DNA from: Podarcis filfolensis
Taxonomy: Eukaryota
Strand: one strand, 5' to 3'
Length of the DNA: 64,000 nt
Assembly (NCBI GenBank): GCA_964270895.1
Contig: OZ185452.1
This document shows, piece after piece, positions 40,215-52,959 of the stretch (position 1 is the first letter of the stretch; each line of letters opens with the position of its first letter). The notes beneath the pieces are model-generated. The model was not told the origin of the DNA. It saw nothing but the letters and a program-made list of their open reading frames with translations, and ran no database searches. Made by a program: the position numbers and the translations under genes.

Positions 40215-40644
40215 AATGTGCACTTCCATATACAATTTTTTTTGGGGGGGGGGTGAAGGATCAATATCTACATGGCAGTTATTGGGAGTACCTGATCCTC
40301 TTATGAGCACATTTGCTCTCCACATCACACACAAACAGAAGCGCTTGCTTTCATGGGATAGGACTCAGAGATTTAGGTCGTGGTAGGAGGAAGTGCAAGG
40401 CAGAATCAAGGCAGGAACAGGCACCCAGGTGAGCAGGTAGAAGTCAAGAAAACTGACAAGTCAGGGGGCAGCATTTGGGGGTGGAATGAGGACATGGGCC
40501 AGCCCTGCCCTGTTGTGCTAAAATTATCGTTTTAATGGGGATGGGGTTTTAACTTGGGTGGATGTTGTTTATTTGTGGGGATGTTTTAAATTGTTCTTAA
40601 GCATTATATGTTAATTTGTATTCTGCATTTGTATTTTTTGGTTA

Positions 40645-40874
40645 TACAGTGGTACCTCAGGTTAAGTACTTAATTCGTTCCGGAGGTCCGTTCTTAACCT
40701 GAAACTGTCTTTAACCTGAGGTACCACTTTAACTAATGGGGCCTCCTGCTGCTGCCGTGCCGCCGGAGCCCGATTTCTGTTCTCATCCTGAAGCAAAGTT
40801 CTTAACCTGAAGCACTATTTCTGGGTTAGTGGAGTCTGTAACCTGAAGCGTATGTAACCTGAGGTACCACTGTA
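40645..40874. mobile_element. Tc1/mariner (Tigger-like) MITE
   Basis: Perfect 18-bp TIR CAGTGGTACCTCAGGTTA / TAACCTGAGGTACCACTG with TA TSD. Confidence 0.92.
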
Positions 40875-40880
40875 CAAGGC

Positions 40881-41130
40881 CAGGGGTCAGCAAGGTTTAC
40901 CTCATCTGGGCCGGTTCACTCCAGTGGAGATCCGTCTGTGGGCCGGATTGCCCACGATTTCTGGCGTCTGCATCTGCACAGACACGAGTCCCCGCGCCAT
41001 GCAGCGCTGGTTTAGCGCAGTGCGTGGGGACTCGCTCAGCAGGCAGCTTGGTTTGGGAGTGGCTTGTGGGCCAGTTAAATGACCCACATCGACCGCTTGT
41101 GGCCCATGGGCCTTAGGTTGCCTACCCCTG
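40881..41130. mobile_element. hAT MITE with OC1-like termini and a different interior
   Basis: CAGGGGTCAGCAA ... TTGCCTACCCCTG; perfect TSD TACAAGGC (40873-40880 / 41131-41138). Confidence 0.9.
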
Positions 41131-42224
41131 TACAAGGCTGATTAATATTCTACAGCCTTTTAAATGTGTTTGTGGGAGGGGGCATTATTGTTTTGTTGTT
41201 TTTATTCAAACTATTTATTTGTGCTTTTACCTTGTATTTTTATCTTGTAAACCACCCTGAGATCTTGTAATGAAGGGCAGAATATACTAATAAATTACTG
41301 CTGCTGCTACTACCACTACTAATTGTTGCAGAACATGAATGCTTTCCTTGGGCGAATGGAACTGGATGGGGCATCATTACGGGACGTTCAGCAGAGCTGC
41401 CAGCTTTTAAATAGCTGAAATCAGAGGCACCAGGTGCCTGGAAGTCCTTCAAGGTTGTTTCCAGGGAGCAGGAGCCACTGCGGAGAGCAAGAGAAATACA
41501 TAAAAATAGCTTCAACATTTCCCAGCAAACCCATCAGCTTTTTCTCGCCTTAGACCATACCAAAATAGAAAATAATTAACTGGGAGCAAAATGTGTGACC
41601 TAATGAGTGTGTGTGTGTGTGTGTATGCAAGGGAGAGTGCTGGGAGGTTTGGAAGTAATTAGATGCAAAGCTGCTAATATTCCATTAAAATATCTGTGGC
41701 TTCTCAGTGCAGTCAGGAAAAGTTAAACTGTTCTGTGCCATTAATACTAAAGCATCGGTTGTCAGAAGCTTCATTCCACAATCTCTTCCACACTTGCACA
41801 TTTCTTTGCCCACTAGGCTGAAAGTCTGGCTGGGGATGGAGCTGTGTAACCATGGGCAGTACAGAATCTGGTCAGCGGCATGACACTGGACATTGAGAGA
41901 TCTCATCTTCAGTCTTGGTTTTGGACAAAAGTATTTTAAACACATTGGCCTTGTCTGGCAGTGACACGCTGAACAGCAGCGGTGGCCATGGAGAGGCAAC
42001 GAGATGCTGCCTCATAGTTCCTGCAGCCACAGCCGCCATCGCTTGGGACAAGTGGCAGCTCATCCTCCTCCCCAAACCTGGCAGCAGTGGCAGTGGCGGG
42101 GGAAAGAGGGACTGTCCCTGGAAAATAGGAACACTTGGGAGGGTATGAGAAGAGTTTACCAATTAGGGTGGGGGCACACCATGCATGTAAAACACATTCC
42201 CCCATCCCTAGAAAGAATTTTGAG

Positions 42225-42390
42225 CAGTGGTGTAGTGTGGGGGGTGCAGGGGGTGCCGGCCGCACCGGGCGCAACATCTGGGGGGGGACGCGCTCGCACT
42301 CGCAGCTCTCTGCTTCTACCTGGCTCATGGGTTAGGGGGCGCAAATTACTTGCCTTGCCCCGGGTGCTGACAACCCACGCTACGCCACTG
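42225..42390. mobile_element. hAT-type MITE, same family as 40069
   Basis: Same termini and right half; TSD ATTTTGAG / ATTTTGGG (7/8). Confidence 0.88.
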
Positions 42391-45300
42391 ATTTTGGGAA
42401 AGTCTGCTGGGAATTGTAGCTCCTTGAGAAAACTACAATGCGCAGGATTGTGTGTGTGTGTGTGTGTAGGGGGTGCTTTTAAATGTATGTTGTATACATA
42501 GTGAGCTCCCACAATGAAATATGTTTTCTCCTCCATGATTTATACAGCTCCAGCAGTCTAAGGCAGCTCCACAGGAGAGACTCGTGGTATCAGTCTTGAC
42601 TACAACTGTTGTTGTGGCTGAGAGCCTGTTAAGGAACACACCCAAACAGCAGACAAGCCACCTAACACTTAAATCACAGGAAATCACGGAGCTACAGGAA
42701 CAATCAGACTTCATGGCTAGGCTTTTAAAATCTAAACAAGGAAGGCTTGTCACGAAAGGTTTGCAAAGGCTTTATTAGGGGAATTGCTCGTTGCCCTCTT
42801 TGGATTAGATGACCCATTAATGTTCTGAGGAAGTGATACTGGAGTAATAAACATCTAATGTAAACCCTAATCTCTCTAACCTCTCAACAGCTGGCAGTCA
42901 GGAGGATTTCCTGGCACTAAATGTGAAATTTGGCTAGGTTATCGGGAAATCCCATACCTCACGTCTGGGTTGGGGGAGTTGACATACAGTGGAGATGTTT
43001 TCCTGCGACTTTGATATATGAGTACATTCAGTTTGCTTTCTTGCACCTTTATCTGAGGATTCCCTTTTGGAATTCAACCCGTTCTAAAGCTGCACCTGTT
43101 TTCCTGGGTGATGCTGATTGGTTACGTCTCAGCTAATTAATTTATAGGTGATGTGCACCAGTCACCTCCTGGGGTAATTGCTAGCTGACCCTAACTGCAG
43201 TTTTCAGCATGGGGACCTTGCATTTTATCAGTAAATGGCAAAATGCATGTCATTATGACAGGCCTGAGGAGAATGCTGGGCTTGTACACTGTAAGAAGAA
43301 GCCTTGCAGGTGAAGTGTGTGCCTCCGGGTGGTCTGCACACAGACACCTGCTGCACCACCCCTGAGGGATCTTGGTTAGTGGTCAGCATTGAGAAGCAGG
43401 TGCTGCCCTCTGCACAACATACCCAAATTCTTTTCACAGGAAAAATGAACTGTGACCAGCACCTTATGCAAGAGAAAATAAGAGGGTTCCATTGGGTATG
43501 CTGTCAGGGAGGGTCAAAGATGGCCCCTGCTCCTAGTGACGTTTCTTCAGCTGCACAGCTTGAGGCTGGGAAGGTGACTTCCATACACATAGAGGACAGA
43601 TTGTGTTTTTGTGTTTTTATTCAAGCCCAGTGAGCTAATCCTGCACTCAGCTTTCAGATTCCCCATTCTTTCCCAATGGACTAGTTACCAAAAAAGAAAA
43701 TCCAGCCCTGCTGCAGGCCTGTATTAAGAACATGACCAGGAAGCTGTAGTTAATTACCAACCTCTGTGTGCAGCCTGAATCAGTAGCCAGACAACACAGT
43801 GTTGACCTCGGAGCTCATGTTGTCCTGGGGACGGGGGGAGGAGGGGCACAGGATGGGAAGGAAATCGTTTAACATTTTTGGATTAAAGACTGACAAGCTT
43901 GAGAAACCTGCACATAGCATAGAGGGAAAGACAAATCATACTTCACTTCAAAGCCAAGAGGAATTATCTTACGGTAGCTGCAAGTGCCTTTTTCTACAGC
44001 AAGTGCCTTTCCAATTGCCAGCTCTGACAGAGTGCTGGTCTCCTTTTACAAATGATGGTTTCCCTTTTCCAACAGCTCAGTTCTATGCATGCTTACTTAG
44101 AGGTAAGCACCACTTTGTTCAGCAGGGCTTACTTCCAAAAAAGCATGCATAGAATTTCAGCAGGGAGCTGGATCTTACCTTTGTGAAATGTAAACAACAC
44201 AACCGATTTTCTTTTCTCTTTCTCTTGAGGATACCATGAAGTATGTGTGGAATAAGAAGCAAAATACTAGAAATTTAGCTAGTCATGTTTTGTAGCCAGT
44301 TTTGCTGCATACCTGAGTGTGATGACCTCAAACAGCCATTCTCTGGGGCTTTCACGTGGGTTATAGCAGGACAATATCTGGGAGGCAGGGAAACCAGAAG
44401 AACGGATTCCTGGTAAGAAACCTGCTTTGTCATAACTGGAAACAGCACATCACTTTTATTTATTCTCTGTGAGGAATTTGCTCCCTTAGACACATTGGCT
44501 AGAAATTTTCAGTCATTCCTCCTCCTGGTGCCATGCCAGCACAGATAGACTGCCACTCTTCAGTATCAAATGGCTGTTATTGCCTATCTACACAGTATGT
44601 ACAGAAAGTATGTGGAACCTCTGACCCTTTAGATGTTGTTAGATTCCCCACTGACCCTGGCAGCATAGCTGGTGGTCGAGGATAATGGGAGTTGTAGTCC
44701 AGCAGCATCTGCATTTACACAGCTCAGCCACCGCAGTGTAAAGAAACAGGAATCAGTGGCTGCATAGACACATCTACATTTAAAACATCCAGTGCCCATT
44801 TAAAGTCCATGGCTTTCCCTGAACTGTATTTCCCCCTCACAGAGCAACAATTCCCAGCACTCTTAACAAACTACTACTCCCAGGATTCTTTGGGGTAGTC
44901 ATATGTGCTTTAAATGCGTGGTGTGGATCTGCCATATTCCCCTTGTGCCTGACAGAGTTTTGTTCAGGTGGCGCTTATACGTCTAAGATCATAGTCAAGA
45001 GTTTCCCAACCCTGTGTAAACAGAAAAAAATCCATGCACTTCCTAAAACAAGGCCACAGCAATGAATCCCTTCAGAAGAATCTTAACATTTTAATTTGTG
45101 CGGCATTTTATTTCCCTGAGCATCCATGGTGTCACTTTCAGGTTTTGCAAGGCCTTTATTATGAATTGATTGGATTTATATACTGATTTTCTGACAAGGC
45201 CCCCAAGGCAGTTTACAATTTTAAAACACTAAAGCCAAATAAATTGCATAAAATGTAGAATGACAGACTCCTCTGTCAGGCCAACTGGGAGCCAATGGTG

Positions 45301-45469
45301 TGTGTTGCTCACTGGCCTGGGCTTCCTTGCTTCTGCCTTCCCTCAGGGCACACAGGTCTTTGGCAGCCCTAGGGAAGGTGGAGGAAGAGATGCCCAACAC
45401 ACCCTTCATGGCCCTCACTCCCTCAGTGAGTCTCCATCCTCGCTCCAGAGTAATATTGTCAGTGGTCAC

Positions 45470-45836
45470 GGTAAGGTAAAGGGACCCCTGACCATTAAGT
45501 CCAGTCACGGATGACCCTGGAGTTGCGGCGCTCATCTCGCTTTATTGGCCGAGGGAGCCGGCGTTTGTCTGCAGACAGCTTCCGGGTCATGTGGCCAGCA
45601 TGACTAAGCCGCTTCTGGCAAAACCAGACCAGAGCAGAACACAGAAACGCTGTTTACCTTCCCGCTGGAGTGGTACCTATTTATCTACTTGCACTTTGAC
45701 GTGCTTTCGAACTGCTCGGTTGGCAGGAGCAGGGACCGAGCAACGGGAGCTCACCCCGTTGCGGGGATTCAAACCGCCGACCTGATCAGCAAGCCCTAGG
45801 CTGTGTGGTTTAGACCACAGCGCCACCCGCATCCCT
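45470..45836 (-). mobile_element. Sauria SINE, full length
   Basis: Same architecture; 16-bp TSD TATTGTCAGTGGTCAC (45454-45469 / 45837-45852). Confidence 0.92.
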
Positions 45837-47428
45837 TATTGTCAGTGGTCACAGTAGATTTCAGCTGATACCTGGCCATGTTGACCCTTGCTGCTGGGCC
45901 TGCATCCATGTGTTTCTAAACGTTTATTTCACCCAGGCCCTCAGAGTGCTCTTTCCACCAGGCCACGATGCTTGGCAGCCCAAGGTGCGCAACCCTCTCA
46001 CTAAGTAAACTGGGCCACAATCCACCAGGGCCATCCCAGGACCTACTTCCCAATGAAATAAGCAGGAGCTGCACAAGACCACTTGTGTAGTCTTGAGTAG
46101 CTCCAGTTAATTTCAATGGCGCTTGTGTGGGAGAACCTGCCAGTAGATGGAAGTTTCCCCCCTCTATACTAGAATCTGGGATCATCCACTGGAAGACTGG
46201 GGGCAGAGAAAAGAAGGTACTTCATAGGTAATGTACTTCAGTGCCACAGGATGTAGCCTGGGGATGAGGCAAATGGCAGGGGATGAGGCAAATGGCAAGC
46301 CTATACATGACTACTAGCCAAGATGGCTGTGTTCTACTTCTGCTTTTGGAGACAATATGCCTCTGTTAATCAGTTGATGGGAATAATGAGTGGAGAGTGT
46401 CTTGTTTGGGAGCTTCCCATATGAATCCAGTTGGTCGCTGTGAGGAGAGGACTAGATGGGCCTTAGGCCTGATCTAGCAGGGCTTTATTTATGCCCGTTG
46501 CCTCCCATCAGTCAGAACTGCTTGCATCCTACATCTCTGCCCTTAATGGCTGCCTATGTCTGCCACCTTGCCCTTCCCTCTTAACAGGGCTGCCTCTTTA
46601 TTTGCTCAATAAACCCTTTGCGAGGCACACCTTTTTATCTGGTGAAGTCCTACCGCTTACACCCAAGGACTGGTAAGACTTGATGCCTTTGCAGTCCTTC
46701 AGGACTCGATGATCCCATTAAAAACAGTCCCCAGGTTCCAAGCATTTGCCCCTCAGATGGGACACCGAAAGGTCAAAGAGAGGCAGCTCTTTTCTTGGTA
46801 AACAAACAACTTGAGACTTGTATTAATAGCAGCACATTTCCTTGTTGGGCTCCTCTTGTTTCATCACTGGAGAAGGCAGAGGAACACAATACGTTCTGCC
46901 TACCTCCTCTCTCTCTTTCACCTTCCCCAGGGGAAATTAAGCCAATAGGAAGGGACTATTACGCTTAAAGATAATACCAAAGTACAGACTCAGAGAAAGG
47001 AGACACTCCAGTTTGTATTCGGTAACTATTGGCTACCCCGGCTGGTGTCATGAGCAGCTTGGCATTGTTGAAAGTCCTACACGGGAAAAGGTTTCAGTGT
47101 AACGTCAGTGTAAGAGAAAACACCTCAATCTAATAATAATTGTTATGGCCTTCAGCAGATGGATGGCGCGTTTATCCTTTGACATTTTGCTCCGCACAGG
47201 TTACTTGAGTCCATTGTGAAGTAATGCTGCTCGTCTACATGCCAGCCTCTTCACCAAACTGTCACAAATGGCCCTGCTTTTTGTGTGGAATATGACAGAT
47301 TGCCTCAGAAAGGGGTCAGGCACAGCTCTCTGACAGGAGATCATTGTCATCTCCCTTCATTGAAGTGCATTTCCTATATTCTCATACCTTCCAACATTTA
47401 TCTGATGAAAACAAGGCCGTCCTATTCC

Positions 47429-47430
<2 letters not shown>

Positions 47431-47469
<39 letters not shown>

Positions 47470-47532
47470 TTTATTGATACCCTGCCTATGTGACTGGGTT
47501 GCCCCGTCCACTCTGGGTGGCTTCCAACATAT
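47431..47532 (-). mobile_element. LINE 3' end (L2-like) with (AAT)13 tail; similar ends at ~20812-20968, ~21455-21556, ~59272-59392
   Basis: Recurrent GTTGGAAGCC(A/G)CCCAGAGTGG...GGGGCAACCCAGTCA motif followed by a simple-repeat tail; family name recalled, not verified. Confidence 0.55.
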
Positions 47533-47869
47533 GCAGTGCTTTTTCCCCCAGGGGATACTTAGAGGGTACCTGTTTAGTGCTGTGGGGTTTTTCCTTTGTT
47601 TGTTATGGAGGAATGGCTTCTTAGTGATGTGAATGCTTCAGTGATTCATAAAGTCACCCTTTTTGCTTTGGTGGCAAAAAAGCTCAGAAAGAAGACCCTG
47701 GACAATATAGCAGTGAAGTGTAAGGGAGACACAGAGATCTAAATAGAGACCATTATTTGTGGCGTGACACCCCTTTTGCTTGTATTTATTTTTTATTCAT
47801 ATTTGTAATGGTCAGTGGCCATAAACTTATTTGGAATTGGAAAAATTGGGTACACTGTGATGGGGGTGT

Positions 47870-48500
47870 TTTCAATTGTACCTATCTCTACGTGCACCTA
47901 TTGTTTCATCTCGTCTTCTAGGAGGTATGGGATTATGTGGCGCACTTGGTTGGCTATGTAGTTCTATATTGGGAATTCCCCATCCTCCTTCTGAGGAGGG
48001 GAGGTGCAGGTATTTGGGACTTATTTTTTGTTTTTTTATGTGAGAAAATAAATGAGTGTAGTTTTTCCCTGCCATTTATGGAGTTGGTTTTTGGGGGAAT
48101 CCAAACTGGGAGAGTTTGAAATAGGTTAGTTTTGGGAGGGTGGTCATTTTGATAATGACTATTTTGTCTAAGAGGGTGAAGTTGTATTGTTTCACATCTT
48201 TGTTAATTTCTCACCACAGGGGGTTGTGAAGGTATAATTTGTTGAGATTTCTGGTTATTTGTACCCCTAAATATCTGAATTTAATGTGGCAGAGTTTTAT
48301 CTGTGTGCTGTTGGTGAATTCTTTTTGGATATAAGGGGGAGTGTTGAAGAACATAGCTTAAGATTTTGCAAAGTTCACCTGTAGACCTGACACCACTGTG
48401 AATGTGTTGAGTTATTTGGTTAGGGTGATTGCTGTGTTTATGGGGTCTGATGTCGTGACCATCAGGTTGTATGTGAAGAGCCGTTGTTTATAGGTTTTGG
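47870..48500 (-). mobile_element. Decayed L1-clade ORF2 reverse-transcriptase fragment
   Basis: Frameshifted translation LFTYNL (eroded YADD), SGLQVNFAKS, FRYLGVQITRNLNKL, DKIVIIKMTTLPKLTYF, ISPKYLHLPSSEGGWGIPNIEL, in L1 motif order. Confidence 0.82.
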
Positions 48501-49629
48501 CTTTTTTAAATTTCCACTCCCTTGATGTTGGGGGCTGCCCAGAGTTTTTGGTTGCTTTAAGTTTTGATTCATCAAGGTTTTATAGCTACCACTCTATTAA
48601 AATCATGCTCTAAAAAAGGGGACACCTGTTTGACTATGAATCCCTTATCTGGAGGCTGGCGCTGCACAAAATTACTTTGACACTAGTTTGCAGTCACCCC
48701 AAAGGCCATGAAAACTGTTTTGCAAAAGCTGGAGAATGTTCTAAAAAGCGCATCGGATTTTCCATTAACGTTGTTCTGACTTCACATACGGCACATGCTT
48801 CTAAAATAAAACCTTTGCTTCTGTTTTGTTTTTGTTTAAATAGGTAATTTGATATAAACAATTAAAGACAGATGTTGCTCGGGCGCACTTGCGTGGAGAC
48901 CAGTGGGGACCTTCAGCACAGAGCAAATCATGCTCCTCAAGAAGGCCTTAAAAGGCAAGTGAGCAGAGTCAGAGCAAAATTATCGCTGGGGGTTGGGTAG
49001 CGGTGAGTGGAGGATGGGAGTAATTTTAGCATTGACAGATCATCATGTGCCTTTGCAAAGGTGGATGAATGCAAGATATTCCCTCATCCTGCTGCTTTCT
49101 GGAAGTTCAAACACTCGCCTCCTTAGCCCATTTCTCAGTCTTACCCTGCAGTCCCAATTGCTCTAACCACATTGCAGTGAGTCAACCACATTGTGTACAG
49201 TGGGACTTAATTCTGAGCAAGCCTGCTCAGGACTGTGCTGTGAATTAGGCAGCGTTGCCCTCATTCCTCTGCACCACCAGCTCAGCTCCCATTGCCTTGT
49301 CAGTGCTCCTGGGCTTGTAACAGCTCTGTGTTTTCAACAGGCACAGCCCATACCAACAGCTGGCTGGCCACAATTCCAGTCTACCTAAAACTGGACTGCC
49401 GAACCATCCCTCCAGACGATGCTGGAATCCAGCTCGCATAATGCGGCCAGTGATGAGGGAGACTGAAGTCAAGCAACATCTGGAGAGTCACATACGGGTT
49501 CCCTATCCTTGGCCAAAAAGCTGTACCTTCTGGCCAAGAGGTTAGCATGCCATGCCCAGGGATGGGGTGGGTGGCACAAATGTTGGGTGATGCTTCGTAC
49601 ATTATAGGCAGGTTTCCCAAATAACCATC

Positions 49630-49776
49630 GTGACAGACTCTCCTTCCTTGGAGGTTTCTGAACAGAGGTTGCGTGGCCATCTGTCAGGGATCCTTTAGCT
49701 GTGATTCCTGCATTGCAGGGGGTTGGACTAGATGGCCCTTGGGACCCCTTCCCACTCTGCATTCCTATGTTTCTAT
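49630..49776 (+). mobile_element. CR1 3' fragment (similar copies at ~54110-54240 plus and ~55380-55445 minus)
   Basis: CCTGCATTGCAGGGGGTTGGACTAGATGGCCC...ATTCCTATGTTTCTAT tail. Confidence 0.7.
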
Positions 49777-50376
49777 AAAAGAACCCCACCCCACCCTGTC
49801 TTTCCCTGCAGCTATGAATTTAACAGCACTTTCATACACAGAAATCAGTGAATGATGCATCAGCAGCAGGCCCCATTAGCTGTAAAATTAACACAGCATA
49901 GCTAAATTTTATCACTTGCTAATTGCTGCAGGTAAAACGTATGTTAAAGGGGCGGAGGGCTTGTCAAAAGGCTGGCAACCCCAGTTCTTCAGGCCTCCAC
50001 CCTGGCACCAAATAATCCCTGCTGGGGTGATTATACCCCTCTCTCTCTCCCTCAACAATACTGCGTGGCAGGGAAGGGAATGACTCAGAATTTGCTGGAA
50101 TCTTCCTAGGCTTTCTGGGTGCTGTTAAGCGCTGGATGAGGCAGCACTTTCACAAGGGCACTAATTGAATTAAGAACGCCTGAGGGTGCCGAGCAAAACA
50201 CCTCCAGCCAGGTTCTCCTCCTTTTCAGGGCTCCAGCTCATGTTAGATTTCTTTGCTGATGAGGAAAAGCTGTGCCTGTTGGATTTCTGCCTGCCCTCCA
50301 GATTTGAAAAGCAGGGGTGGCCAACCCTTTTCATCCCAAGGACTGCCCACATTCATCCTTGACCAGCCCTCGAGGG

Positions 50377-50634
50377 CAGGGGTCAGCAAACTGTTTCAGC
50401 AGGGGGCCGGTCCACTGTCCCTCAGACCATGTGGGGGGCCGGACTATGTTTTGGGGGTGGGGGGAATGAACAAATTTCTATGCCCCACAAATAACCCAGA
50501 GATGCATTTTAAATAAAAGGACACATTCTACAGTACTCATGTAAAAACACGCTGATTCCCGGACTGTCCGTGGGCTGGATTTAGAAGGCGATTGGGCAGG
50601 ATCCGGCCCCTGGGCCTCAGTTTGCCTACTCATG
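50377..50634. mobile_element. hAT (Charlie/OC1-like) MITE, same family as 14508, nested in an older hAT MITE starting ~50312
   Basis: Near-identical internal sequence to 14508; TSD CTCGAGGG / CTCTAGGG (7/8). Confidence 0.9.
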
Positions 50635-51031
50635 CTCTAGGGGCTGTGTGCCAGCAGTGGGTGCGGCCAAAAGTGGGTGAGGCCACCCCACCTACAGACT
50701 CTTGCACTCAAGCGCTGACTCATGTGCACGTCCGTGTGCCATGAACCCGCCCCCCCGCCCACGTCACAGTTAAAGTCTTTCCAGGAACAAAGGGGGCATG
50801 CAGCCCTTGTTTGCACGGTGGGCTAGTCAGACGAGGAGGCATGAAAAGAGCCTTGCTTTTCTCCTGGAGTTGCTACGTTTCTACCAGCCAGAGGAAGAGT
50901 GGCCTTTATCAGCAGCTTGATGCACAGCCATTCAGGGCTTATCTCTACCAAGTGAAATCTTTCACAGGCTGATTTCCACATAGCTGCTGATAAAGGCTGC
51001 AAAGGTAACCCAGAACAGCTTAATTTTATTT

Positions 51032-51395
51032 CAGGAGCGTAGCACGGATTGCTGATACCCGGGGTGGAGCAGGTGTTGCACCCCCCTGGTGGCCTGGGCA
51101 ATGGTCAGTCTCTTCACCCGCCAGCGTCTAATCAAGGGAGTCTCTCCTTGCAAACTAGCCAAACTATCTCCTAACCTGGAGATAAAGCAGAGAAATGCGA
51201 AACCAACCCAGAAACGGGCTGCAGGTGAGCGTCCTTCGCCAGCCACGAGGAGGTGGAGGCACCACCGCAGTCCTGAAGGCCTGCCTGAGCGCAGCTTGCC
51301 TCCCTGTGCCTCTGGCCTGGATGAGGGAGGCTGTCATGGGGGCGCCTGGTTTCGCTCGGAGCCATGACCCCCCTGCCTCCCCTGCTACGCCACTG
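51032..51395. mobile_element. Related hAT-type MITE, longer interior
   Basis: CAGGAGCGTAGC ... GCTACGCCACTG; T-rich imperfect TSD. Confidence 0.7.
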
Positions 51396-51928
51396 TTTAT
51401 TCTATTTTTCTGGAGAGTTCCTTCAGGCTTTTAAAGCACCAAGCCAGGTGTGTGGGAAGCAATCCTTTAGGGTCCCTGGTTCCTGTCTTTGTTCTTCCTT
51501 TTGACTGTCACTTTCAAAGGTAGCGCCAGCAAGGGAGCTTCAGGCAATGCAAAGGAACCGCTCAGGATCTCTGGCTTCCCATCTGGTGCTGCTGCTCCAG
51601 CTGAAGAGCATTCAGGCCACATAGAAATGTTCTCCTGCTCAAAGGCTTCTTTCCAGAAATAAGGGACACACTTTATGTCTAAGCTGCTATAGAACAGAAA
51701 TCAATACCGCCATGAGACTGAAAGGCTTTCTTTTTTCTCCCAGTTTTTTTGCAAAATGTACAGAGACTTACAAAAACATGGCTCTGTAGTATCATAAAGT
51801 TGTAGAGCTGCTGTAGTATAGTGCAGGGGTGTAGAACCTGTGGCCTATCCAGGATTGCTGGACTACAAATCCCATCATCCATTACCATTGGGCCATGGTG
51901 GGTGGGGCTGATGAGTGTTGTTGTAGTT

Positions 51929-52064
51929 CAGGCATAGGCAAACTTGGCCCTCCAGATGTTTTAGGACTACAACTCCCATCATCCCTAGCTAACAGGACCA
52001 GTGGTCTGGGATGATGGGAATTGTAGTCCCAAAACATTTAGAGGGCCGAGTTTGCCTTTGCCTG
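51929..52064. mobile_element. Palindromic hAT MITE, same family as 24328
   Basis: CAGGCATAGGCAAAC ... GTTTGCCTTTGCCTG; abuts a truncated related MITE at ~51822-51928. Confidence 0.85.
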
Positions 52065-52959
52065 ATGTAGTGGCTAAAAAACTGTCCCCAGTTCTGCCAC
52101 AATCTTCCATGCCGGCCTTGGGCAAGGCAGTATTCTGTCAGGCTCAACCCCCTCACCTGCAGTAGGGGGATATAGGACTTATAATAGGGCCCTTTTGCTG
52201 TCAGCCCCCCCCCCCCCCGGCTGTGGAATACCCTTCCTTCCAACATTAGGCTGGCACTGATATTAGCTGGCTTTTGCCACCAGCTAAAAACATTCCTCTT
52301 GTGCCAGGCTTATCAAATAACAGGGGGCCTGCTTACAGACGTAGGGCAGATGTGAGATTGGTTTTATTTACCGTACCTGCATATTGTGATGCTGTTTAAA
52401 CTCTTATGTGATTTAGTATGCTGCATTGTGACCTGTCCTGGAATAACTTTACGCTGAAAGGTGAGGCAAATTTAGCAAATAAATGCATTCAAGGCAGGGC
52501 CTTGGCTGTCCATTTACTCTGGTCCATTTGCCCAGCTGTCTTTCTTCTCTGTGACCTTTAGGTACTGGTTAACACACTGCTGTGTGTGAGAGCTTTGACG
52601 GATCATTTTAGAGCAGCCTGGTTTTGCATTTTCAGCTTTTGGACTATGTTCCACTGCAGTTGTTCTTGCAGTTTTTATTGCTGATGCCTTTTACCATTGT
52701 TCTGATTTTAATTTTCTGTATGGATTTAAAATTTTGCTATATGCCCCTTTCAAACCTAAGCCTTGGAGGTCGAATGGAACTATTTTAAATAAAATTGAAT
52801 ACAGGGAACCAGGCAGAGGGCCTTCTCAGTAGTGGTGCCCGCCCTGTAGAATGCCCTCCCATCAGATATTTAAAAATAAATAAAAGTAAAATAAAATTAA
52901 ACAAATTACCCACTTACAGACCTACACAATCATTGTAATAAATGGATTCCTATATATAA

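Noticed and set aside
46260-46297. 19-bp tandem duplication (also 12-15 bp duplications near 2979, 4977, 38581)
   Set aside because: Ordinary slippage duplications, one inside a dead CR1 fragment; no functional hint
47285-47632. 115-aa ORF with a poly-Ile run
   Set aside because: Translation of the (AAT)13 tail of a LINE remnant
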